This document shows, one piece after another, positions 20,530 through 31,800 of a DNA stretch of 36,231 nt. The stretch is from Helobdella robusta (taxonomy: Eukaryota). The notes under the pieces are model-generated. The model ran no database searches. It was not told where the DNA came from and saw nothing but the letters and a program-made list of their open reading frames with translations. Position numbers and translations under genes: made by a program. The stretch spans positions 913,876-950,106 of the forward strand of contig KB097558.1 of NCBI GenBank assembly GCA_000326865.1. The letters run 5' to 3'. Each line of letters opens with the position of its first letter. Position 1 is the first letter of the stretch.

Positions 20530-22204
20530 ATGCAACTCTTCTACTTTTCCAGAAAAGAAACAAATGACAACAAATGGTGGTGGAATACGAGGAATACAGC
20601 CCATACAAAGAAAGATATTAGAACATTAGACGCCTACATTATTGTGCCTGGACTGAAAACAACTCTGAGCTTTTTGCAATTTTATGGCGGTGAGTCTTTA
20701 AAAGCATTACTAATAAAAAAATGTTGTTATTATTTCTCATTTTCAGGTACATTTGTACTCATATTCCTGGTTGCAATAACGGCAATGTTGCTTGCTCGTA
20801 CGTATGTTTCTTTCTGAACTGTTGCGATGCATTACATTTTGAGATCATTCTTTTCAGATGTCATGAATGAAAGAATTGTTTGTTTGGATGAACTTAAAGA
20901 GAAAAAATCAAATTATGTTAATGAAGATACATCGTCAGAAATCGACCACAATGTTTCTCCAAAAGTCGAAAAAAATCGTGAAAGTTTTGACAACGTGAGC
21001 GGGGACAAACATGGCAAAAGTGAAAATGTAAGAAAAAATAATTGGTTATTTGTTTAATTTATACAGCGCAGTCTCTTTTTTGTTGAATGACTCTTTTAAA
21101 AACTATTTTTCTTGCATTTGAAACACGTCGAACCAGGTCTTCTGGTCAAAACAGGTGCTCCGATCATCGACCCATTTTTCAAATTAAAAATAACCCCGAT
21201 TCGTATTATATGACTAAATCGTTTTTAAGCGATGAATTCTTATAAACTGCATTCTTATTTCATCGCGCATCTCTTCAGCTTGAAACTGATGGTGATTTAG
21301 TGAACTGTACAACGAAAATTGTTAGTTCGAAAGATATAAAAATGACACCAAGCGATAATTTTAGCAATGTGAACAAAGAAAATATAAAGAAAACAAGACT
21401 GGGAATTAACTCAGCATCAGTATGTTAGTCAAATATTTTCCGTATCGATATGTTTATTAACAATACCTTTTACTTTGACGCAGCACTTAACTGAGGGCGA
21501 TATGTTAGATTATGTAACGAAACATGCCATTTCAAAAACTGCGAAATTCACGCCGAGTGATAACTTCCACCACCTGAGCCGGGACAGACACGCCAAAATG
21601 GAAAGTCTGAAAAGATCGAAATTGACGAAAACCTCCATACCGGTGTGGTATTTTTTAGATTATTTTTGGCGGCGCAATAGCTAAGTAGATAAGCTCGCCT
21701 GGTGCTGTTTTGCAGTGACCGAGTTTGAATATGACGAAAGATTCAAGCCCTATCACACATGCCTCGTGTGTGATGCGTCGTTCAACACGTTTGTTTGTGT
21801 GTTGTTGATTCCTCTGAATCTGGGAAGAGTACGCAAGGATTTTATAAAACTAATTTAAACCTTTAACCTTTTTTTCATTCTAACTTTTTTAAATTAGTTT
21901 TTATAAAAGCCTTGGGTACTATTGTTACCTTGCACTTCAAACGAGTTTAAGCTTAGGAAATTCAAAAATTACAATAAAAGTTATATTTTTTATATTAAGA
22001 TTTATATGGATCTAATTTTAGTAATTTAAATTATTCTCTTCATGAATTTGTCATCTGGTGTGCTCATATTTAATGATATTTTTACCATTACATTTCTTTT
22101 GTTAGCTCATATCCGAAGATGAAAGACTAGATTACAAGAGAGAGAAATTGTTTCAACAGAAGGAGAGGCAGAAGATTTTCGATGACAAACGCCACGCAGT
22201 TTAA
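20530..22204 (+). CDS. Novel single-pass membrane protein gene, 6-exon model (~265 aa)
   Basis: Exons 20530..20689, 20747..20801, 20844..21027, 21279..21419, 21484..21642, 22106..22204 (stop TAA 22202-22204). Donors GGCG|GTGAGT, AC|GTATGT, AAT|GTAAGA, CA|GTATGT, CCG|GTGTGG. Acceptors TTTTCAG|GT, TTTTGAG|AT, CTCTTCAG|CT, TTTGACGCAG|CA, TTTGTTAG|CT. All phases consistent. Product: MQLFYFSRKETNDNKWWWNTRNTAHTKKDIRTLDAYIIVPGLKTTLSFLQFYG-GTFVLIFLVAITAMLLAR-TSFFSDVMNERIVCLDELKEKKSNYVNEDTSSEIDHNVSPKVEKNRESFDNVSGDKHGKSEN-LETDGDLVNCTTKIVSSKDIKMTPSDNFSNVNKENIKKTRLGINSAS-HLTEGDMLDYVTKHAISKTAKFTPSDNFHHLSRDRHAKMESLKRSKLTKTSIP-LISEDERLDYKREKLFQQKERQKIFDDKRHAV. It has one predicted TM helix and a charged tail, with no recognisable family. 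Introns 1-2 are 57 and 42 nt. Confidence 0.5.
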
Positions 22205-23319
22205 AAAATTGTCAACTGAACGCCGAGTTTTTTTAAAAAATCATAATTGCCCGATCTTCTCGTATTAGAATTGATTTGTTGGTTTCGATGATTAATAAAA
22301 ATAATTTTTTGTGAGGTTTTTATATTTTCCTGGAAGTTTATGAAAATTTATTGCATTCATTTAAAATAAATACTACCCTTTGAAAATCGTTCTCTATTTT
22401 TTGTCATGAATTTCAAATTCATCTAGAGTTATAACATTTTTTTAATTTTTGCATCTAAAAGATAATTTTTTCAGTTGAATCCGAATGTCATATCAAAATA
22501 CAAACACGTATTTGTAATGAGACATAATTCTAAAATTTGACTGCTTCTAAAAGAAATATCAAGCACTGAAAACAATTGAATGTGGAGGTGAAGTTTTTCC
22601 GGCTGACAGTATTTCTAGCATCTTCCTGATGCTCACTGCGCACACTGTTCCAGGCAGAGCCATTTTTCCTTTCCCAAGCTGACTACGGGCTTCTGGTTAA
22701 ACTTTTTTTTGCCATACTGAACTGTGTTTCACAAAATGCATTGCTGCGAAGTATCAAATGTTGGTACGGGGTCTGTTCAGAGATGGAAATCTTTTTGTTG
22801 ATCAATTACTTGTTTCTTCAACTTGGAAATCTTACACCAATTTGTATCAAACATCACTGATATTGCAATGAAGTTGAAAAATAGTTGGTATTATTTATGT
22901 ATTTGTGTTAAAAATATCAAAGAAATTAGCTTTTGTGTGTGCAGGTATAAAAAATTTGAGGGCTTCAAACTTGTAAGTTATTAATAAGTTGCTATTTCAA
23001 TATTTCTCTATTCGATGTGCAAACCGCTGGAAAAATATGCGTCCCGGGTCGCGAGACATAAGGTAAGAAATTCGGGACTGTCCCGCTCAGTTCGGGAAGG
23101 TTGGCAACTTTATTTGCACGATTTGATTGAGCAAGTAGTAACTGTTATTGATTACAATTCGTTTATGTTATTTTATTCCACACTTTTAAGTTTCGACGAA
23201 ATGTTGTCGAAAGTTTTAGTTAATAAAAACTTCACTTTGCTACAATTTATTAAAAAAATTCACTATAAAACATTAAAATGCAAATATTTCAATTGATAGT
23301 CTTTAATGAAAATTTCATT

Positions 23320-23486
23320 TTACAAATTTTTTAAAACAAATTTATTTTTCCATATCCAGTAGGGGCAGAAGCTTCTGATGGTGTCGTTGGTGCAGCTGTT
23401 GACACAGCATTCGCATTCCAGGTTCATTGAATATCCATTTCTATAAACATGCATGGCTGATCTTACTTCTTTTCTTATGTCGTCGT
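23320..23486 (-). CDS. Insulin-like peptide exon 2 (C-peptide remainder and A-chain; stop at 23322-23320)
   Basis: Reads ..NLECECCVNSCTNDTIRSFCPYWIWKNKFVLKNL*. Acceptor preceded by the pyrimidine tract CTACCACATTCATTTTTAAG. Confidence 0.7.
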
Positions 23487-23742
23487 CTTAAAAATGAATG
23501 TGGTAGAATTATGCTTAAGTTTGAAGATTGAAAATTTTGGAAAAACCAAGTATACCGTCTATATGTGATAGAATCTCTCTAGCCTCCCTCCTCCACTCGT
23601 TACACACACTTGCGATCCTCGGCATCAAATCTTCGCACAAAGGCCTATCAAATTCCAAAGTCAGCCAATTGCATTCCTCGGCTCCGATTGATCCTGCGAT
23701 CAACAAGATGAGCAGCAAACTTTTTCTTGAACAACTCATCAT
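23320..23742 (-). CDS. Insulin-like peptide precursor gene (molluscan-insulin type, 8 Cys), 2 exons, 117 aa
   Basis: Exon 1 23556..23742 and exon 2 23320..23486, with a 69-nt phase-1 intron (donor GACG|GTATAC, acceptor CATTTTTAAG|AC). Product: MMSCSRKSLLLILLIAGSIGAEECNWLTLEFDRPLCEDLMPRIASVCNEWRREAREILSHID-D-DDIRKEVRSAMHVYRNGYSMNLECECCVNSCTNDTIRSFCPYWIWKNKFVLKNL. Hydrophobic signal-like N-terminus. B-chain-like C-x11-C-x10-C (CN..DRP..C........VC) followed by dibasic RR. A-chain signature CC-x3-C-x8-C with the extra Cys (CECC) characteristic of molluscan insulin-related peptides. Intron lies in the C-peptide region as in insulin-superfamily genes. ATTAAA 12 nt and AATAAA ~70 nt after the stop. 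Confidence 0.75.
23556..23742 (-). CDS. Insulin-like peptide exon 1 (signal peptide, B-chain, start of C-peptide)
   Basis: ORF 23515..23742 (-). Donor after codon D62 plus 1 nt. Confidence 0.75.
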
Positions 23743-23790
23743 CGTGTCTTCAATTACAACTGGCTTGAGATATATTCTCTTACAAAACTG

Positions 23791-23798
23791 CTTTTATA
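23791..23798 (-). promoter_or_regulatory. TATA box (TATAAAAG) of the insulin-like peptide gene
   Basis: The - strand reads CTATAAAAGCAGTTTTG. It sits 56 nt upstream of ATG 23742, implying a ~25-nt 5'UTR. Confidence 0.6.
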
Positions 23799-24189
23799 GT
23801 AAAATTTTCCAATTCATTTGCAGATGAAACCATAAAATTTGGCAAATAGATTCTAATAATATAAAAACGCATTTTATTTCCTATTGTTTGAAAACTTCAA
23901 GCGAAATCTCGACTGCGCAGTGCAATGCTGATTAGCGGACGGGCGATAAATTAGCAACCGCCAGGAAATGAGGGAAGCAGCAAAAACGTTAATTTCCTAA
24001 CAATTCGAACACAATTCAAGAAAGTTAATGCTCAATCAGCTTCTGTTCATTGTTTTCATTCGAAGGTGGAATAATATGACAAAATTGCAGTCTCAAAATG
24101 TTGATATTTGAAGAAATTGGAATGTGCAGGCCAGAGCTGTATCCTTAGTGTTTTTAAACAGAGACAAGCGTGATTTAATTTTTTCAAAA

Positions 24190-24300
24190 TGATTGAATGA
24201 TGAATTGACTGGTTGATTAGCTGTTTGGTTGACTGGATGGTTCGTCGGTCGGTTGAATGGTTGGTTCAGGTTGGTTGGTTTCAGGTTGGGTGGTCGGTAC
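24190..24300. repeat. (GGTTG/GATTG)n microsatellite
   Basis: ggttgattagctgtttggttgactggatggttcgtcggtcggttgaatggttggttcaggttggttggtt. Confidence 0.85.
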
Positions 24301-25529
24301 CATTTAAAACTAACAAATCACAAAGCAGGCTTATTAAAAAAACAAATAATTGGTTAATATTTCAGTGTCAAGAAGACCGAAATTTTTGATTTGTTTGAAG
24401 AGAACTTAAAGTGACACAAAATTAAAAAAAATTTTCTGTTTCATTAAATGGAAATTAGCTAGACAATTTAAATTTTTTGCTTTATTTATAAACAAAATAA
24501 GCAGAAATTTTGTGTTTGAACACAACAGACAGTCAGTCATTTTAAAACCATTTTGCGTTTTCTGACTTCAACTTCTTCCTGTCACAAATTCTTGAAACAT
24601 CCATGTTAAGTACGTCATAATAAATTTGAGTGAGTGATAGTAAATAATTGGTTGATTTTTAACCATTAAGATCAAATCAAAATTGAGAGCTATCCTTTCT
24701 ACTTTATTTAATTTTTTAGCGTTTATGAGCACGAAAAATCGTAAGTGAAAATTCTACCGTCAAGTGAAGAAGAGCTGACAGACTGATGTTGGTAGGAGTT
24801 GGCGGCCCGCATATGAAAGAGACATTACAAGTTGACAAAGTTAGCTGGCCTAAAATGTCGTGTGGTGTGGGTGAGACGTTCAAATGGAGTGGGAGTCGAC
24901 GGACGCCCAAAATTTGAAAATTTTTAAATTAAGAAACTTGACGCGGGGGCTTAAACCGGCCACTGTGGTCAAGTCACGGAATAATTGTTGAAGGTTGAAA
25001 ATTTCACCATCTTCAAACAACCGAACCGTTAGTTCTTTAATTCATTAAACAAAATGGAACACACTTGATGCATTTATTTTTTTTAGAAAGCAAATAATGG
25101 CTAAAAAGGACGAAAATAAGAAACAGAAAAAAATTAAAAAATTTAGGAATGGATACAAATTTCGAAATTTTTTTTCAGATTTCGCTATCGCAACAAAGTT
25201 CATAACTTATATAACAACTGCATCGGGCTTTTATTTATTTAAGAAAATTTTTTTACAGTTCCTGAAAAAAAATTCTACCAAACGATGCTCACATTTGAAT
25301 CACTTCGATTTGCAACAGAACATGTATTTTACATGTAAAGAAAAAGCAGAAAAACTAAAACTGATGTTAATCAAATGGTATAAATGATGTCATATTTATA
25401 TCACAACTCACATCATCAACGGATACAGCATCGAAACATAGCTTGAGAAACATTTATATCGATCAGTAAGTCGATGACAAAAATGAAACGACAAATTGTC
25501 AGTTTGTTAAATATTTTGAATCCTTCGCT

Positions 25530-25650
25530 CATCATCATCATTATCACCGTCACTGTCATCATCATCATCATTCACATCAGCATCACTCATACCATCATTA
25601 TACACCCACATCATCATCATCATACACTCACATCATCATCATCACTCATC
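25530..25650. repeat. (CATCAT)n microsatellite in the MVP 3'UTR region
   Basis: catcatcatcattatcaccgtcactgtcatcatcatcatc... begins ~20 nt downstream of the MVP stop on the - strand. Confidence 0.9.
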
Positions 25651-25668
25651 TAGCAACAGATTAATCCT

Positions 25669-25833
25669 TCACTCATCCTCATCTTCTTCGTCACCCTCAT
25701 CACCTCTCCTCTTCTTACGTGGAGGCATGATACTTCCAGCGATGAGACCGTTGGCGGCGGTGAAGAGGTTGATTGGACTGTTGCCGTCTGTTATCAGGGT
25801 CGACTTGAGGCCAAGTGCTTGCAGAAGTTTAAC
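25669..25833 (-). CDS. MVP: MVP terminal exon ([24 protein letters not shown]...[12 protein letters not shown])
   Basis: Acceptor TTCGAACAG|GTT. Stop TGA. ORF 25669..25863. Confidence 0.85.
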   Translation of the reverse strand, partial: VKLLQALGLKSTLITDGNSPINLFTAANGLIAGSIMPPRKKRRGDEGDEEDEDE

Positions 25834-28800
25834 CTGTTCGAAGCATGCAATTTTGTATGGCAATATGAAAAAAATGATTCGGAAACTACAAGGGTAACTG
25901 ATTCAAATGTTTCCACTGATTCAAAACTTTCTCAGATTCTCAAACTTAGATTCATCATAAAAAAAACGACGCCTGCCTCGTAAAAAGGCTCACAAATTTC
26001 ACTCAAACAAGTTTCATCATATCTGTAAATTTAAAAAATTCTGACAAAATAAACAATCCTAAACCACGTAAATATTCAGGATTGTATAACAGGTTAACGA
26101 TTTTACAATTCAAATCCACCACAAATCCTTCAAAATGCACCACGAATGCTTTACCTGCAGATCGGGACCGGCAGTAGCCATGGCAAGGAGGGTCTGCGAT
26201 CCGATGGCCTCCACCATGTTCTTGAACTTGGTCGTCTCAATTTCAGCCAGTTCGCGCTGCTTCTCAATTTCGAGATCGCGTTGTGAGGTGAGGTACTTCA
26301 GTTCGCCGTCACGAGCTTCTTCCAACCTCTCTCGTTCGCCTGCCTGTCATGCGTGGTTTCGTACTATTGAAACACTTTTGTTTTGTAAACGAAACTAAAA
26401 AATGATAGGTTCGAACATTTCCCGCCCCGAATGACTGCCTGCTTGTTAGACGCAGTTAATTCACGTCGTTAATATTTACAAATGGTGTCGACGATAAAAA
26501 TAACACTGCAATCATCTCAGTAAACACGTCGTCTATCGTCATTATCACCGAACGCCCTTAAATATTAAATAAACAAACAAAAAAATAAATGGATGGATGA
26601 ATAAATGAATTAATGAATAATTTACAAAAATAGTAAATAATATATGATAATGATGATTAACTAGCCACTGACCCATTCAATACTCTTGGCCTGTTTCTGC
26701 AGTTCAGCTTGCGTGACGGCAGCTTCGGCCTCAATCTTCATCGTCCAAAACTTGCTCTGAGCTTCCGCCTTCGCTAGTCCAGTGCTCTCAACAGCAGCAC
26801 TGCTCGCCTGCAGCTCCAGCAGCTCCTTCCTCGCCTTCTCTGCCTCCGCTTCGTCGCTGATCTTTTGTCGCTCCAGCTTTCCTCGAGCCTCTTGTTCCAG
26901 ACGTTCTGCCTCGTGTCTGGTGTTCATGGTTGGTGGATGAAAGTAAAGACGAATGAATGCGTGGGTGGTGGGTAAAATGAAGATGAATTAATGCGTGGGT
27001 GGTGAATAAGTATGATGAAAAACGATGAATGAATAGATAATTGGTAAAAAGAATGAATTTTAGATATATGAACGGAAGAAACTTGGAGTCAAAAAGAGAT
27101 AAAAAGAAAAAGTGAATTGACGGACGGACATATAACTTAAATGGAAAGTAGATGGATGCATCAACAAATGTGTTTCAAGTAAAAAATTAATAACAAACAT
27201 GTTCAACTTGTTTTTAAAAAATAAAAATCATTTATATTAAGTGACAATTTTAAACTAAATTCAATCAATCAATCAATGATCCTCCTTTGTCCATCAGTGG
27301 ACCGTCGAGGCCGATGGTGTACATCTTAGCATGCTTTTTACATTTCTTTTTTTCTTTCAAAAAACCTTTTTTATTTTTGGTCAGTTTTATTGAATTCAGA
27401 ATACCAACACCAATCCATTCAGTAATGTCATCTATCCATTTCTTTGCAGGTCTACCAACTTTTTTCTTCCAATCTCTTTTCCTCATTAGTACCATCTTAA
27501 TCAATTTGTCTTCCCTCATTCTACAAATGTGTTCCGAAAATCCCTATTTTCTTTCTATGACTTTGTCATATACACTTTTCTGTCTTCCAAGTTGATTTCC
27601 GATGATTTCGTTCTTTACTATCTGCTTCCAACACTTCATCTCAAATGCTTCCAATCCGTCTTTGCCTCTTTTCTTTATTGTCCATGTCTGCCAAGATACA
27701 CAAACTGGTCTACTTGTTCGCGTTTTTTGATTCTATCTGAAATTCCGCATTGTTTCTGCCTTTTCCCGTAATCATCACCTTCGTTTTGTCTATGTTGATA
27801 TGCAACCCGTGATCTTTTCCACCAACATGTGTTAGTTCAATTAGTTTCTGCAGACCTTCTTTTCTAGAAGCTAAAAGATCTATATCGTCTGCAAACCTGA
27901 GATCTTTGACAGTTCTTCTTTCTAAGTCAATTCCACACAATTCCGAATTTTCCATTTTTTCCATTGCTTTTTCTAACAATGCCATGAATAGTATTTGTGA
28001 TGTTGGATCGCCATGTCTGCTTCCAATGTCTGCCTTTATCCAATCCCCAAGTTCTGTACCTATTATTACCGACATTTTTGATTCTTCATAAAGCTCTTTC
28101 AGTACTTTGACCAGCTTTTCTGATGTCCTCATAATTTCTAACAAGCCTTCATGCCAGACAGAATCAAACGCTTTCTTAAAATCAACAAAGCAATGGTAGA
28201 TTGTCTGACCGCTACTTTTTGCATCTTCCATCAGCAGTCTCAACATGAGAATATAGGCAACAAACGACGAACAGTTATAGAAGAAAATAGTGCACTTTTT
28301 AAAACAACAGTTAAGAATGATCAAGCAGAAAATCGGAGTGTCAGATAACGACTCCGACCTTTTGTAATAAAGTATAACAAAGAAGAAATAATGAGCAGCA
28401 CTGAATGAGCAATGGACGTGAAACAAAGAAGAAGAACAAACAATACCTAGCAGCAGCCTCTTGGGAGTTGGTTGTGATTTCGATGGCTAGTTGGACAGAT
28501 TTTTGGAGAGCATCTCTCGTCCTCTGGTCGACTGGTTCAACGGACTGAATGTCGATGCTAGTGAAGATCAATCCGTTCTGAGTGAATATGAACTTGTCTC
28601 GCACCTTCCTGTTCTCGTCCACACCGAACACTGAAGCTCTGATGATCCTCGCTGAGTTCTGAGGTGAGGGATTCATCCGATGGATCGTTGCATGGTTTTT
28701 AGGTTGGTTGGATAAAAGGCTTGCATCATAAAGAAGATGAAATGATAATGATAAACGAAAAATGGCTCAAAAATATTCCATAAACGATATTTTTAGTGCC

Positions 28801-31800
28801 ATTATCATTCAAATGCACAGTAAAAAAGTGCTAAAAATGAAAGAACCAATCACCAACAACAAGCAGTCTTATCCCAACAAACAAATAAACAAACGAACCA
28901 ACCAACCCACCAACCAACCAAACAAACAAATAAACAAACAAAACAAGCAAAAAAACCTTGTGGAAGTCATCAAACTGAACACTGGCAACTGATCCTCTGA
29001 TTCTGGAGGCGATGGCCTTGCAGGCATCTCCCACAAAGTCTGGAACACTGAACAACTTGGCCGCCTCTGCCTCCGACCGTGCATCCGGGTCGAAGTGCCT
29101 GGTGAGGTTTGAAGACGGGGATGAAATTAATCGTCACACAATAAAAGTACTCAAGAGCGAGATCCTGAAATGCGGACAGTTAAAAGAAACGGACAGTATC
29201 GCTCTGCTCGGAACTGTTTTGTATGTTAAATTGTCCATACAGAGCGGACTTTTTGAAGTAACGGCATGCGGACATGCTTTTTGGTACAAAGTAACTTTTA
29301 AGTCTTAAAGAGCGGACAATTTATAACAAAAATGCGCTAATAAGGCATTATTAATTTTTGTTTCGCCTTTCAAGAAGTTTCTTTTCGCTTTATTTACCGT
29401 GATCTCGTTTCTTTCGTCGTTAATAAAACGCTCACCATTGATGATGGTGTTGTAAGTGAAAAAATTCGTGACCTTGAAAGAAAAAAATAGGTACCAGTTG
29501 TGCCAGAGATTCGATAGTGGAATTAGCATCAGAAAGATTGCTGGGAAATTTCAATGAGAACAAATCAATATGCAAACATTCGCGAAAACAAAGAAACTAT
29601 TAAACGGTAATAGAGATCAAATCAAAATGAGGAAGAAGATGGCACCGGAATATGCCAGGAAACTTAAATATTATTTAAACCGTAAAGGCACAGAAGAAAT
29701 GTTTAAATTTTCTGAATAAATTGAATTGAAAATATTTTAGAAAATGAGATATTTAAAACAATTTGTAATGCGAAACAACCATCAAACATTTTTTGGCAAA
29801 ATAAAAATGTATGAAAAAGCTGTTATTTTGTTTTACTCGTAGAAAAACAATATTCGAATATGAAAATTGAAGTTTAATGTTGAGGCTTCAGAAGAGGACA
29901 GTTCAGAGAAGCGGAGAGTTTGAGTCTTCCCCGTCGGTGTCCTCTCTTGAAGACTTTTACTGTAAATCATTTTGCCACAATTTAATCAATGCCATGTTCA
30001 CATTAATTGATGGCTACGTAAATATAACGCCATAAAATTAACGTTACGTTGCCATACGCAAGGTACATCAAGAAAGGTTTAGAAGGATGAAGCACACAAA
30101 CATTGAAAATAACAACGCCAACAATGACGAAGCTAACCAGTTGTAGGAGAGTTGTAGCTGCAGCCTGGCGTGGTCGGCCGTCTCAACGACGATGACGTCA
30201 GTCATAAAGTCAGGTCCCAACAACAAACACAACGACTTGATCTGGTTGGGCTTCTTTGGTTTGCCACCTGACAGACTCAGCTGAGTGAAAGCTTCATCGG
30301 GACCCAGCATCACCAGCTCTGGTCCGAACACCACCCTGTTCAAAATGACGATGATGGTGGTGGTGACTGGTGAGTTAGTTTTTATGAGGATGAAGATGAT
30401 GACGACGATAGCGGCAATGATAATAAAATAAATAAAACCATCACCATCACTCATGTCCCGGCTCTACCTAAGCAACAATTGTTTCGATTGCAATGATCCA
30501 ACAAACAAGTTTAGTTACAACTTCAGCACAAAAATCACCAAATCAGCAAATCTTCCGACCACAACACCACACATCACACACACCTGGCCTTCTTCTCCTT
30601 GTAATCATAGATCTGTACAGCAGCATTATGGGGCACTCTGAATGTAATGACCTTCGATTTATCTCTGGACTTTTTCACTTCACCCGCCCCTCTGGCACCC
30701 CTGTCAGCCAAGGGGTCATGGTCAAGGAGGAGTAGGGCCTCAACATTAGGTGGGAGTTCTTTAGAGAAGAGTTCTTCATCTTGGTTGAGCATGTACGTCT
30801 CGCCGATGATGGCTCTAACCTGTTCGTAAGTTGAGTTATGGAACGGTCTCTAGTGGCTTTGCATGTATGTATTAATGCTGCTTGTGGAAAAAAGAATAAT
30901 AATAATAATTTAAAACACCCGTGAGTTGAAAAACGGTTAACGTGGAAACATTTAAAAGCATCAATCACAGCACCAACTGAAACATAACAGACTAGACAGC
31001 TGCAAGAACATTAAAGCAACAACAGCAGCGTTGACCACTTCAACATCTGAATCAGTGCTATTGCAAGGTGCTAACAAAATCAAAAATATCAAATCATGAA
31101 CAGAAACAACAACAATGACCACCAGAATCAACAATATTCAACAACAATACAACGATAAACAACAATAATCAGCCACAACAAACAACATCTAACAACAATA
31201 AACAGCCGCAACAGCGTCGCACCTTCCCGGTTTTAACGTTCCTGACATAGATACCCTCATTCTCATCGAGAGGGATGGCCGACCTTTTCGTGACGACCTC
31301 AATTTCAACTGGAGGGATGTACTCAACTGGACCGCGGATCATCCAGCGGTCGCCAGGCTTGCGTTCCTTGTCCTGTGTGATGATGAGGATGTGATGATGG
31401 TGACGATGTGATGATGAGGATGACAATCTGATGAGGATGGTGATATTTGTGATGATGTTGGTGTTAATAGTGGTAATGATGGCGATGATGAATAAGATGA
31501 TTACGATTACGAGATGAAAATAGGTAAAATATAATGTATGATGAAAATGAACCAGCCAGCCAGCCAGCCAGCCAGCCAGTCGGCCAACTAACCAGCCAGC
31601 CAGCCAGCCAATCAATTAATCAAACAAGCAGCCAATCAAACAATTATTCAATCCAATTGCATCAGTCAACTGACTCTGTCCATGAATCCTTCATTGGCCC
31701 GCAGTATGAGACCCTCATCCTCGCCCAGCACAAACACATTCTGAATCCCCTTCTCTAGCGTCTCCCCTGGCGTCAAAATGTTAATTCCAATCAATTAGGT

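Noticed and set aside
23528-23827. ORF 23528..23827 (+)
   Set aside because: Antisense overlap of the much better supported insulin-like exon 1 on the - strand.
27287-27771. ORFs 27287..27595 (+) and 27529..27771 (+)
   Set aside because: Antisense to the RTE-like LINE fragment, whose RT reading frame is on the - strand.
28762-29308. ORFs 28762..28992 (+) and 29012..29308 (+)
   Set aside because: The first is an intronic (CAAAC)n microsatellite. The second is antisense to MVP exon 28957..29098 and then runs through an intronic short repeat containing GCGGACA motifs.
31373-31615. N-terminal part of ORF 31169..31615 ([21 protein letters not shown]...)
   Set aside because: (CCAG)n microsatellite and AT-rich intron sequence. 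Only 31223..31372 is a real MVP exon, bounded by an AG acceptor and a GT donor.
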